The notes beneath the pieces were generated by a model. The model saw nothing but the letters and a program-made list of their open reading frames with translations. It was not told the origin of the DNA and made no database searches. A program made the translations under genes and the position numbers. From the NCBI GenBank assembly GCA_937944855.1, contig CALFAY010000048.1, forward strand, positions 29,446-93,445: DNA of 64,000 bases, read 5' to 3'. Origin of the DNA: an uncultured Planctomycetota bacterium (GTDB lineage: Bacteria > Planctomycetota > Planctomycetia > Gemmatales > HRBIN36). The stretch's first letter is position 1. Every line of letters starts with the position of its first letter. Shown here piece after piece: positions 1-7,820 of this stretch.

Positions 1-1
1 G

Positions 2-2815
2 GTGATTCTGTACACCTCTGACGGCGGATTGAAATGGCAGAAAGCCAGCGTCCGGGAGTTGCCAGGCATTTTCCGCATTCAGTTTCTGGACAAGCGAAAC
101 GGTTTCGTTGCCGGCTGCGGATCGGCTGCCCATCCATCCGGGGTGTTCGTGACCGAGGACGGGGGTATCACCTGGAAGCCGCTGCCGGGAGGATCGACAA
201 CCGATTGGCTGGCGTCTGAATTCGGACCAGGTCCGGTGGGTGTGCTGGGCGGCAAAGCGGGAACTTTGGCTGCCTTGCGCCCCCAGGGACTGATCCCCGC
301 TGAGATCGACGCCTTGGGCCGTCGCGGCATCCGCGCTGTCCAACTCGTGGATCGCCGGGCATGGGCGGTTGGAGAAGGCGGCTTGGTCGTTCGCAGCAAC
401 AACTCCGGGTTGAAGTGGAACTATGCCGAGCTTGATCTGCCTCCCGAAGTGGCTCGCGCCTGGGACTTTCACGGCGTTCACTTCGTGGGAGAGCATGGTT
501 GGATGGTCGGCCGTCCTGGTTCGGTGGTGTTGCACACTTGGGACGGGGGGAAGTCGTGGCAAGTCCAGCAAACTGGCCAACCGTTGCCTTTGCATGGGAT
601 TCATTTCGTCAATGAACGGCAGGGTTGGGCAGTGGGCGATCTCGGCACGATTGTCGCCACTGCGGACGGCGGGCGGACTTGGAAAGTGCAGCGGCGCGGC
701 GGCCAGCGGGCGGCAATTCTGATGTTGACAGCGACCGGCGAGCATCTCCCGGCGGGCACCGTGGCCGTTCTCGGCGGCGACGAAGGCTACCTGACCGTCG
801 GCCTCCGTGTCGTCGCTCCCGAACGACAACGGGCCGGCGAAACCGAGGCAGCTTTCGCCCAGGCCGTCCGTCTCGCCGGCGGTACCCAAGGCGAAGTCCT
901 GTGGCAATTCCCGTTGCCGAAACATCTTGAGCATGCCACCGCCTCGGACTTGGCCCGCTTTTGGGGCGACTCGATGGACGAGGCTCGCGGCTACGAGGAA
1001 ATGATCCGGCAGTTCGTGCTGGCTTTTCGTATCTGGCGGCCCGATGTCGTAATCGTTCCACATCCGGATCCCCGTTCGGCAGAGGGACAGACAGGCGCGT
1101 TTATCGCCCTGGCGGCCGGCAAGGCGTTCGACCTAGCCGGCAAGGCGGACGCCTTTCCTGAGCAGATTGCCAAACTGGACCTGCAACCCTGGACCCCAAC
1201 GAAGCTCTATGGCCGGTGGGACGGCGTCAGCGGCGCACAAGTGGTTGTGGATCTAAGCACGCCTCAACCTCAGCTTCAAAGGGCACCCGCTGAACAGGCT
1301 GCTTTTGCCCGCTGCTTGCTCAATGCTTCCGCCACAGACGCTCCAACCCTGGACACATTTCGGCTGCTCGCCAGTCGGCTCGACGATGCCGAGCAGCATA
1401 AGCACTTGATGCAGGACATCAAATTAGGCATTGGCGGACAGGCCCGGCGCGATTTCACCCCCGCCGATCTGGAACTGAACAACTGGCAGCAGATCGTGAA
1501 AGCCTCGCAGCAGAAGCGCGATCTGATTGCCCTGGGCAAACAAGCCATTGTTGACGAGAAGAAGGCGAAACAGCTTCCGGCCCTGCTACCGAAGCAACTT
1601 GCTGCACTGGACGATGACCGCGGCGGCGATGCCGCTTTCGCCCTCGGCTCCTTGTATGCGTCGTCGGGGCAGTGGCTTTTGGCACGAGAAACCTTTCTTT
1701 TGATGTTGGACCGGTACCCTGCCCATCGTCTGGCCCCGGAAGCCGCGCGCTGGTTGATTCGCTTCGGCTCCAGCGGCGAGGCCCGGCGACGAGATGAGTT
1801 GAAACATTTCGTCTTCGTGGGTCAGATGCCCTTGGGCCAAACACCCGATCTGGATGCTGTTGCCGCCGAGGATCAACCCAAAGTTCCTCGGCTCAACCTA
1901 CGCGGCACCACCGCTCTTATTCGACGTCGGGAGGAGCTGCGGGAATATGCTCGCTCCAGCCTTGCGGTCGGCGATGTGCTGGCGGCCGTCAACCCGCGCG
2001 CTTACCAGGAACCAGACGTGCAATTCTGCCTTCAGTCTGCCCATCGTTATCTGGGCCAGATCGAGGAATCGCGTCTGTGGCTGACGCAGTTCCGGGCTTC
2101 ACCGGGCAGCGGACCCTGGCAGGACGCGGCAGGAGCCGAGCTTTGGCTCCTGGGCCGAGTGGGACAGCCGCCTAAAGCATCGGCTTTGTGCGGGAGTGCA
2201 GACACCCCTCCCTACCTGGACGGCCAATTGGACGATCCCTGCTGGACGCGAGCTACTCCGCTCCGCCTCAGCGACGCGGTCGGCCAAACCACGGAACAGT
2301 ATGCAACCGAAGCCTGGATGGTTCATGACGCCAATTTCCTTTACCTCGCCCTACGATGCCGCCATCCAGACGACGGACACATGAAAGCCCCAGTCAAACC
2401 ACGACCCCGCGATGCCAATCTGAATGGTTTCGACCGGGTCAGCTTGATGATTGACCTGGACCGGGACTATTGCACCTGGTATCGCCTGGAGGTGGACCAG
2501 CGCGGCTGCGTCCGGGAGGATTGCTGGGGTGATCGTACCTGGAATCCTAAGTGGTATGTGGCCGTACATGTCGAACCGACGGTCTGGCAGATGGAGGCAG
2601 CCATTCCGCTCTCTGAGTTGACAGGCGATCCGATCACGACCCAAACGGCCTGGGCGTTCAATCTGGTGCGGACCATTCCGGGAAAAGGAACGCAGGCATT
2701 CTCTTCGCCGCGCGACAGCGAACCGCGGCCCGAACACATGGGATTGCTCCTCTTCCAACGAGAACTACCCCGGGAGCCGATGCCGCCCCCGAAGCCGCCA
2801 TCTCCTCGTCCCTGA
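2..2815 (+). CDS. Multidomain protein, 5'-truncated by the window edge: BNR/Ycf48-like beta-propeller, degenerate LmbE/PIG-L-like region, helical TPR-like region and C-terminal family-9 CBM/DOMON-like domain
   Basis: The ORF is open from the window edge. It has five Asp-box-like repeats (TSDGGLKW, TEDGGITW, NNSGLKW, TWDGGKSW, TADGGRTW). It has an LmbE-like 'WRPDVVIVPHPDP...LQPWTPTKLYGRW' segment. The C-terminal 'PPYLDGQLDDPCW...AWMVHDANFLYLALRC...NPKWYVAVHVE' is typical of CBM9-like domains. The tail is Pro-rich. Confidence 0.7.
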   Translation: MILYTSDGGLKWQKASVRELPGIFRIQFLDKRNGFVAGCGSAAHPSGVFVTEDGGITWKPLPGGSTTDWLASEFGPGPVGVLGGKAGTLAALRPQGLIPAEIDALGRRGIRAVQLVDRRAWAVGEGGLVVRSNNSGLKWNYAELDLPPEVARAWDFHGVHFVGEHGWMVGRPGSVVLHTWDGGKSWQVQQTGQPLPLHGIHFVNERQGWAVGDLGTIVATADGGRTWKVQRRGGQRAAILMLTATGEHLPAGTVAVLGGDEGYLTVGLRVVAPERQRAGETEAAFAQAVRLAGGTQGEVLWQFPLPKHLEHATASDLARFWGDSMDEARGYEEMIRQFVLAFRIWRPDVVIVPHPDPRSAEGQTGAFIALAAGKAFDLAGKADAFPEQIAKLDLQPWTPTKLYGRWDGVSGAQVVVDLSTPQPQLQRAPAEQAAFARCLLNASATDAPTLDTFRLLASRLDDAEQHKHLMQDIKLGIGGQARRDFTPADLELNNWQQIVKASQQKRDLIALGKQAIVDEKKAKQLPALLPKQLAALDDDRGGDAAFALGSLYASSGQWLLARETFLLMLDRYPAHRLAPEAARWLIRFGSSGEARRRDELKHFVFVGQMPLGQTPDLDAVAAEDQPKVPRLNLRGTTALIRRREELREYARSSLAVGDVLAAVNPRAYQEPDVQFCLQSAHRYLGQIEESRLWLTQFRASPGSGPWQDAAGAELWLLGRVGQPPKASALCGSADTPPYLDGQLDDPCWTRATPLRLSDAVGQTTEQYATEAWMVHDANFLYLALRCRHPDDGHMKAPVKPRPRDANLNGFDRVSLMIDLDRDYCTWYRLEVDQRGCVREDCWGDRTWNPKWYVAVHVEPTVWQMEAAIPLSELTGDPITTQTAWAFNLVRTIPGKGTQAFSSPRDSEPRPEHMGLLLFQRELPREPMPPPKPPSPRP

Positions 2816-2975
2816 GAAGATGCCGTCAAGCCTGCGGTTCTCTTCGCGGGCCGAACCCGGAAGGCAATCCGGCGATCTCAGCGGATTCCCTCTCCCCTCC
2901 GATTCCGCGGTTTGCTACGCTGATGCGGATCTTTGGAGTCCTTCGTCCTGCGACTGCCCCCTGGACGGAAAAGCC

Positions 2976-4322
2976 ATGTTGCACGATGCCATTCGGTGCT
3001 ACCACGACCTGCTGACCGACCCGTTGGCAGCCGATTCGCAGGCTCAACTGGATCAACAACAGCAGACTCGCGGGTTATTCTTCGGAGAAAGGCCGATCTG
3101 CACCGTCCTTCGACCGCGCTTCTTAACCAGTGCTCAGTTTCGCTTTCTCGAACAGCGTACCCGGGTCTTGTGCTCGGCATTTCGCACCGTGCAGCGGCTC
3201 GCCGAAGACGATGCCGCCTTTCGCCGTCAGTTCGGCTTGACGGAGGTAGAGGAAGCGCTGTTCCAGAAACATCCCGGTTTCCGCTGTCCGTATCCGACCT
3301 CCCGTCTGGATGCCTTTTTTGTGTCCGAACGGGAACTGCGATTCACGGAGTACAACACCGAGACCCCGGCGGGAGCGGCGTACACCGATGTTCTCGCCGA
3401 GGTCTTTCTCGGCCTGCCCATCGTGGCCGAGTTCGCCAAGCACTACGCCGTCCGGCCCGTCCCCGTCAGGCATACCATTCTTCAGGTGCTCCTGGACGCT
3501 TATCGGCAGTGGCGCGGGACCAGTGAGCGGCCCAACATCGCCATACTCGATTGGCGGGAAGTACCGACCTACAACGAGTTCGTCCTGTTCTACGATTACT
3601 TCCGCGGTCAGGGCCTGGATTGTGTGATTGCCGACCCGAGAGAAGTCGAATACCGCGACGGCAAACTTTGGGCTGACGATTTCCGAATTGATCTGATCTA
3701 CAAACGGGTCCTCATCGGTGAACTCCTGGAACGCGGCGGGCTGGAACACCCGGTCGTTCGAGCGGTTCGGGATGGAGCCGTGTGCATGGTCAATTCCTTC
3801 CGCTGCAAACCGCTCTACAAGAAGGCCAGCTTCGCCGTTCTGACCGACGAAGCCAACGCCTCCTTGTTCGACGAAGAGCAGAGGCGAGCCATCGCCGAAC
3901 ACATTCCCTGGACGCGACGCGTTGAGGAACGCAAGACCGAGTACCGCGGTCAAACCATTGATCTGGTCCCCTTCGTGGTTCAGAATCGGGACCGCCTGGT
4001 TTTGAAGCCAAACGACGAGTACGGCGGCAAAGGCGTCGTGCTGGGCTGGACGACGGATTCCAGTGCCTGGGATCAGGCCGTGATGACCGCGCTTCGAGAA
4101 TCCTATGTCGTCCAGGAACGCATCACGCTTCCCTCCGAACCGTTCCCTCGGCTGGTGGGAGACCGGGTTCAGATCAGCGAATGCCTGCTCGATACCGATC
4201 CGTATGTCAGTTATGGCCTGTTCATGGACGGCTGCATGACGCGGATTAGCACGGCTGACTTGTTAAACGTCACCGCCGGCGGCGGTTCGACCGTGCCGAC
4301 GTTTCTCATCGAACCGCGCTGA
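2976..4322 (+). CDS. Circularly permuted type-2 ATP-grasp-like / glutathionylspermidine-synthase-like amidoligase
   Basis: Long ORF. The track start of 2820 gives an implausible Ser/Pro/Cys-rich leader. ATG 2976 (MLHDAIRCYHDLL) is the likely start. 'DRLVLKPNDEYGGKGVVLGW' and the ~450-aa layout resemble CP_ATPgrasp_2-type ligases. The family call is by eye only. Confidence 0.6.
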   Translation: MLHDAIRCYHDLLTDPLAADSQAQLDQQQQTRGLFFGERPICTVLRPRFLTSAQFRFLEQRTRVLCSAFRTVQRLAEDDAAFRRQFGLTEVEEALFQKHPGFRCPYPTSRLDAFFVSERELRFTEYNTETPAGAAYTDVLAEVFLGLPIVAEFAKHYAVRPVPVRHTILQVLLDAYRQWRGTSERPNIAILDWREVPTYNEFVLFYDYFRGQGLDCVIADPREVEYRDGKLWADDFRIDLIYKRVLIGELLERGGLEHPVVRAVRDGAVCMVNSFRCKPLYKKASFAVLTDEANASLFDEEQRRAIAEHIPWTRRVEERKTEYRGQTIDLVPFVVQNRDRLVLKPNDEYGGKGVVLGWTTDSSAWDQAVMTALRESYVVQERITLPSEPFPRLVGDRVQISECLLDTDPYVSYGLFMDGCMTRISTADLLNVTAGGGSTVPTFLIEPR

Positions 4323-4366
4323 TGTAGCGGCAAAGCCGCTCAGCCGCGGCGGGAAAGGAACCGACG

Positions 4367-5476
4367 ATGAATCCTCCTTCGCTCACCATCGGCATCGAAG
4401 AAGAGTACCAGATTATCGACCCGCAGACGCGAGAGTTGCGTTCCTACATCACGCAAATCCTAGAGGACGGAAATCTCGTCTTGCGTGAGCAGATCAAGCC
4501 GGAGTTGCACCAGTCGATTGTCGAAGTGGGCACGGCGGTCTGCCGAACGCCGGCAGAGGCCAGGGGCGAACTGGTCCGGCTCCGCAAGAGCATCATCGAC
4601 CTTGCTGCCCGGCACGGGCTGAAGATCGCAGCGGCAGGCACGCACCCGTTCTCCTCGTGGCTGACCCAGGAAATCACGCCGCTGGAACGCTACCTGGGCG
4701 TCAAGAAAGATATGCAGGACTTGGCTCAGCAGTTGCTTATTTTTGGCACCCACGTCCACATCGGCATCGAGGACCGCGAGTTTCTCATCGACGCCATGAA
4801 CGTCGCGCGTTACCTGTTGCCGCATTTGTTGTGCTTGTCCACCAGCTCGCCGTTTTGGATGGGACGCAATACCGGGCTGAAATCGTACCGAAGCATCATC
4901 TTCCGCCACTTTCCGCGAAGCGGCATCCCTCCGGAACTGAGTTCCTGGGCGGAGTTCAGCACGTTTGTCGAGACCCTGGTCAAAACCCATTGCATTCCCG
5001 ACGGCACCAAAATCTGGTGGGATCTGCGACCCAACTGGAAGTACCCGACTCTGGAATTCCGTATCTGCGATGTCTGCACGCGGATCGACGAGGCCATCTG
5101 CATTGCTGCTTTGTGTCAGGCAATCATCGCCAAGTTGTGGAAGCTCCGTCGGGACAACATGACTTTCCGGGTCTATACGAGTCGGCTCATTGAAGAGAAC
5201 AAATGGCGGGCGGTGCGTTTCGGCATCGACGGGAAATTGCTCGACCTGGGCAAACAGCTGGAATTGCCAGCCCGCGACCTGATCCGGGAGATGGTGGACT
5301 GGTTCGTCGGCGACGTGGTGGACGAATTGGGCAGCCGGAAGGAGGTCGAGTACGCTTATCGCATCTTGGAAGAGGGGACGAGTGCGGATCGACAATTGCG
5401 GGTCTATCGGGAAACCGGCGATTTGAAAGCCGTCGTAGACCATCTGGTCGCCGAAACCGCCCAGGGTCTCGATTGA
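4367..5476 (+). CDS. Carboxylate-amine ligase, YbdK / glutamate-cysteine ligase family 2 (GCS2)
   Basis: N-terminal '[13 protein letters not shown]', '[10 protein letters not shown]', '[10 protein letters not shown]', '[20 protein letters not shown]' and '[19 protein letters not shown]' are collinear with E. coli YbdK motifs (GIELEMQ, GGGTHPF, FGQHVHVG, SAASPY, HWDIRPSPHFGTVEVRVMD). An RBS-like 'GGAAAGGAA' lies upstream. Confidence 0.9.
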   Translation: MNPPSLTIGIEEEYQIIDPQTRELRSYITQILEDGNLVLREQIKPELHQSIVEVGTAVCRTPAEARGELVRLRKSIIDLAARHGLKIAAAGTHPFSSWLTQEITPLERYLGVKKDMQDLAQQLLIFGTHVHIGIEDREFLIDAMNVARYLLPHLLCLSTSSPFWMGRNTGLKSYRSIIFRHFPRSGIPPELSSWAEFSTFVETLVKTHCIPDGTKIWWDLRPNWKYPTLEFRICDVCTRIDEAICIAALCQAIIAKLWKLRRDNMTFRVYTSRLIEENKWRAVRFGIDGKLLDLGKQLELPARDLIREMVDWFVGDVVDELGSRKEVEYAYRILEEGTSADRQLRVYRETGDLKAVVDHLVAETAQGLD

Positions 5477-5513
5477 TTCAGGTCAACCCCGATTCAGGAG
5501 ACTTGCACAAGCC

Positions 5514-6374
5514 GTGATCATCCGGCACACGCACTGGGGATGGATCGTTTTTTGCATTCTGGCAGGGGTCGTCTGCACCGCAATCTGGTGGTTGGGACCA
5601 CGCCACGACCCCGAGGGCTTGACCGGCGGCAGCACGTTCGGCTTGTGGTGCGGCATCCTGGGCAGCGCCTGCATGGTTTTCGCCGGCCTGTTGCCATTGC
5701 TGCGACGGCGAGCGGTGCTTCTGGAGGCTCGATTGCCCCCGCGGGAATGGTGGCTTCGAGGTCACATCTGGCTCGGCCTTCTGAGTGTGCTCTTCATCGG
5801 CTTCCACAGCGGCTTTCGGTTTCACGGCACTTTAGTGAGCGCGCTTACGGCCATTTACCTGATCGTGGTCGTCAGCGGAATCGTGGGACTTTTGGTGCAA
5901 ACCGTGCTGCCGCATCGACTGACGGTGGCATCACGGCATGAAATCCCGCCGGGACAGATCGAAGCGGTATGTGCTGCTTGGCGGGCGGAGTGCGATGCGC
6001 TGGTGGACGAGTTGTGCGGTCCGCGTCCCGCCTTCGCTTCGGAACCAGCCTCCAGCCCCGTTTTGCTGCGGCGTTTCTACGAAGAAGAGGTTCGGGTGGG
6101 GTTGTGGGAGACGCCAATCCGTTGGCCTCTGCGAAGTGACGCCCGCATCCGGGAGGCGTTCGAGCGAATGCGGAGACAGGCGGAAATCGTTGCCAAATCT
6201 CGGGCCGATGATGTTCTGAACAGATTGGAAACTGTGTGTCGGGAACGCTTGGACCTGCTCAGGCAGCAGGAACGCTACTTCTGGCTGCATGCCTGGTTGC
6301 CGGTCCACGTCGGACTCTCAGCCGCGCTGCTCATTCTGGGAACCGCTCATGTTGTCACGGCCCTGTGGTACTGA
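5514..6374 (+). CDS. Polytopic membrane protein with intramembrane histidines (possible heme-b / ferric-reductase-like electron carrier)
   Basis: GTG start. There are about 5 hydrophobic helices (WGWIVFCILAGVVCTAIWWL, FGLWCGILGSACMVFAGLL, HIWLGLLSVLFIGFHSGF, LVSALTAIYLIVVVSGIVGLLV, WLHAWLPVHVGLSAALLILGTAHVV) with His inside the helices, and a ~130-aa soluble insert. The gene ends 9 nt before the cytochrome gene. The function is inferred only. Confidence 0.5.
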   Translation: MIIRHTHWGWIVFCILAGVVCTAIWWLGPRHDPEGLTGGSTFGLWCGILGSACMVFAGLLPLLRRRAVLLEARLPPREWWLRGHIWLGLLSVLFIGFHSGFRFHGTLVSALTAIYLIVVVSGIVGLLVQTVLPHRLTVASRHEIPPGQIEAVCAAWRAECDALVDELCGPRPAFASEPASSPVLLRRFYEEEVRVGLWETPIRWPLRSDARIREAFERMRRQAEIVAKSRADDVLNRLETVCRERLDLLRQQERYFWLHAWLPVHVGLSAALLILGTAHVVTALWY

Positions 6375-6383
6375 CAGGGTCCG

Positions 6384-7820
6384 GTGCAAGGAACGGAACG
6401 GACCATGCTTCCGGAGATGGAACAACCAGGGACGCCATACCTGCGACCCGAGCGCTTGACTGCCTGGTACGCTCTCGATTATTTCCGCCGACCGTCCTGG
6501 CGCCAGCGTTGGAAATGGTGGTTGACCGGCTTGGCGGCCGGGCTTTGTGTTATCTGGCTGGCAGCCGTCTTGCTGCGAAGCGACGAAAGTGCTTTCGCTT
6601 CCGGTCCGATCAGTCTGGTTCATGCGCAGGAACAAGTGGCTTGCGGCCAGTGTCACACCGGATGGTTTCGTCCCGCTGCCCGGCTGTTATTCCCCGAAGC
6701 CCGCTCGGTCCACGACGCCGACTGCATCGCCTGTCATTCCTCCCAGGGGCGCAGCCCATACCATGTCGCAGGAGCGGAGGATGTGGCCTGTGCCGAATGC
6801 CATCGGGAGCATCGCGGCCGCCTGCTCCTGACGCACATGCCCGACGCCTATTGCACTGCCTGCCATGCCGGATTGAAACGAACCGATTCGTCGCCGCCGC
6901 GGTTGGCTAACGTTTCGGGGTTCATCCTCGACCATCCGCCTTTCCAGTCTTTGGCAACCGGGGACCCAGGCCAGCTTCGATTCAATCACGCAGTCCACTG
7001 CGACCCTTTGGGTGTCCTGACACCATCCGGAACACCGAAAGTTCTCCAATGCGACTTCTGCCATCAGCCCGCACACGGCGGCTGCTACCTCAGCCTGCCC
7101 CGCTACCAGACATGCCAGGAATGCCATCCAATCACGGTCTCATTCCCGGAACTGCTCCCGTTCGCAGACAAAAGCGAGGCCGTCAGAAATCTGCTTCAGC
7201 ATTCTTTGCCGCACGAGGAACCCTCCCGTGTGCGGAGCGAGCTGCGCCGCCGGCTTACGCATCTGGTTGAACAACTCCCTCAGGTCCTGTTGGTGGAGCG
7301 AGAGGAGAATCATGCCCCGCCATTTATTCCTGGCGAATCTTCGGCGGAACGACCTGGGCTTCAGGACTGGATTGAAGCCCAGATGCGGCGAGCGGAGCAT
7401 CACCTGTTTGTCGGTGGCGGAGGTTGCCGTCTGTGTCATACGCCTGTGGCCAACGTGACGGCGGAGCACGTGCGTGGGAATCTGCCGACCTACGCTCCGA
7501 CGAATCTCAAACCTGTCTGGATGCCTTTATCCACTTTCAGCCACGCCGTCGAGGGTCATCGTCACCTGGATTGCAGCGCCTGCCACCCAGCATTACAAAG
7601 TCGTTACGCTTCCGATGTGCTTCTTCCCGAAATTGAATCGTGTCGCGCTTGTCACCGTCCAGGCGGCTCCGCCCGGCATGATTGCGGCGAATGCCATCGC
7701 TATCATCAGGCCGTTGAGCGCCGGGGATCCTGCAAGGCCGCCAAGACGAAAACCAAGGCCGGGGACATGGTCCCCGGCGGCGAATCGCAGCAACGTCCAG
7801 AAACGGGGACCAGCCCATGA
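6384..7820 (+). CDS. Membrane-anchored decaheme c-type cytochrome
   Basis: Ten CxxCH motifs: CGQCH, CIACH, CAECH, CTACH, CDFCH, CQECH, CRLCH, CSACH, CRACH, CGECH. The N-terminal hydrophobic anchor is 'WKWWLTGLAAGLCVIWLAAVLL'. The start is GTG 6384 or ATG 6405. Confidence 0.9.
   Translation: MQGTERTMLPEMEQPGTPYLRPERLTAWYALDYFRRPSWRQRWKWWLTGLAAGLCVIWLAAVLLRSDESAFASGPISLVHAQEQVACGQCHTGWFRPAARLLFPEARSVHDADCIACHSSQGRSPYHVAGAEDVACAECHREHRGRLLLTHMPDAYCTACHAGLKRTDSSPPRLANVSGFILDHPPFQSLATGDPGQLRFNHAVHCDPLGVLTPSGTPKVLQCDFCHQPAHGGCYLSLPRYQTCQECHPITVSFPELLPFADKSEAVRNLLQHSLPHEEPSRVRSELRRRLTHLVEQLPQVLLVEREENHAPPFIPGESSAERPGLQDWIEAQMRRAEHHLFVGGGGCRLCHTPVANVTAEHVRGNLPTYAPTNLKPVWMPLSTFSHAVEGHRHLDCSACHPALQSRYASDVLLPEIESCRACHRPGGSARHDCGECHRYHQAVERRGSCKAAKTKTKAGDMVPGGESQQRPETGTSP

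Noticed and set aside
3123-5443. Long antisense ORFs opposite the ATP-grasp and YbdK genes (3123-3953 minus, 276 aa; 4460-5443 minus, 327 aa).
   Set aside because: These are typical GC-rich shadow ORFs. Their translations are Arg/Gly/Pro/Ala-rich with no recognisable motifs, while the sense-strand proteins carry strong family signatures.
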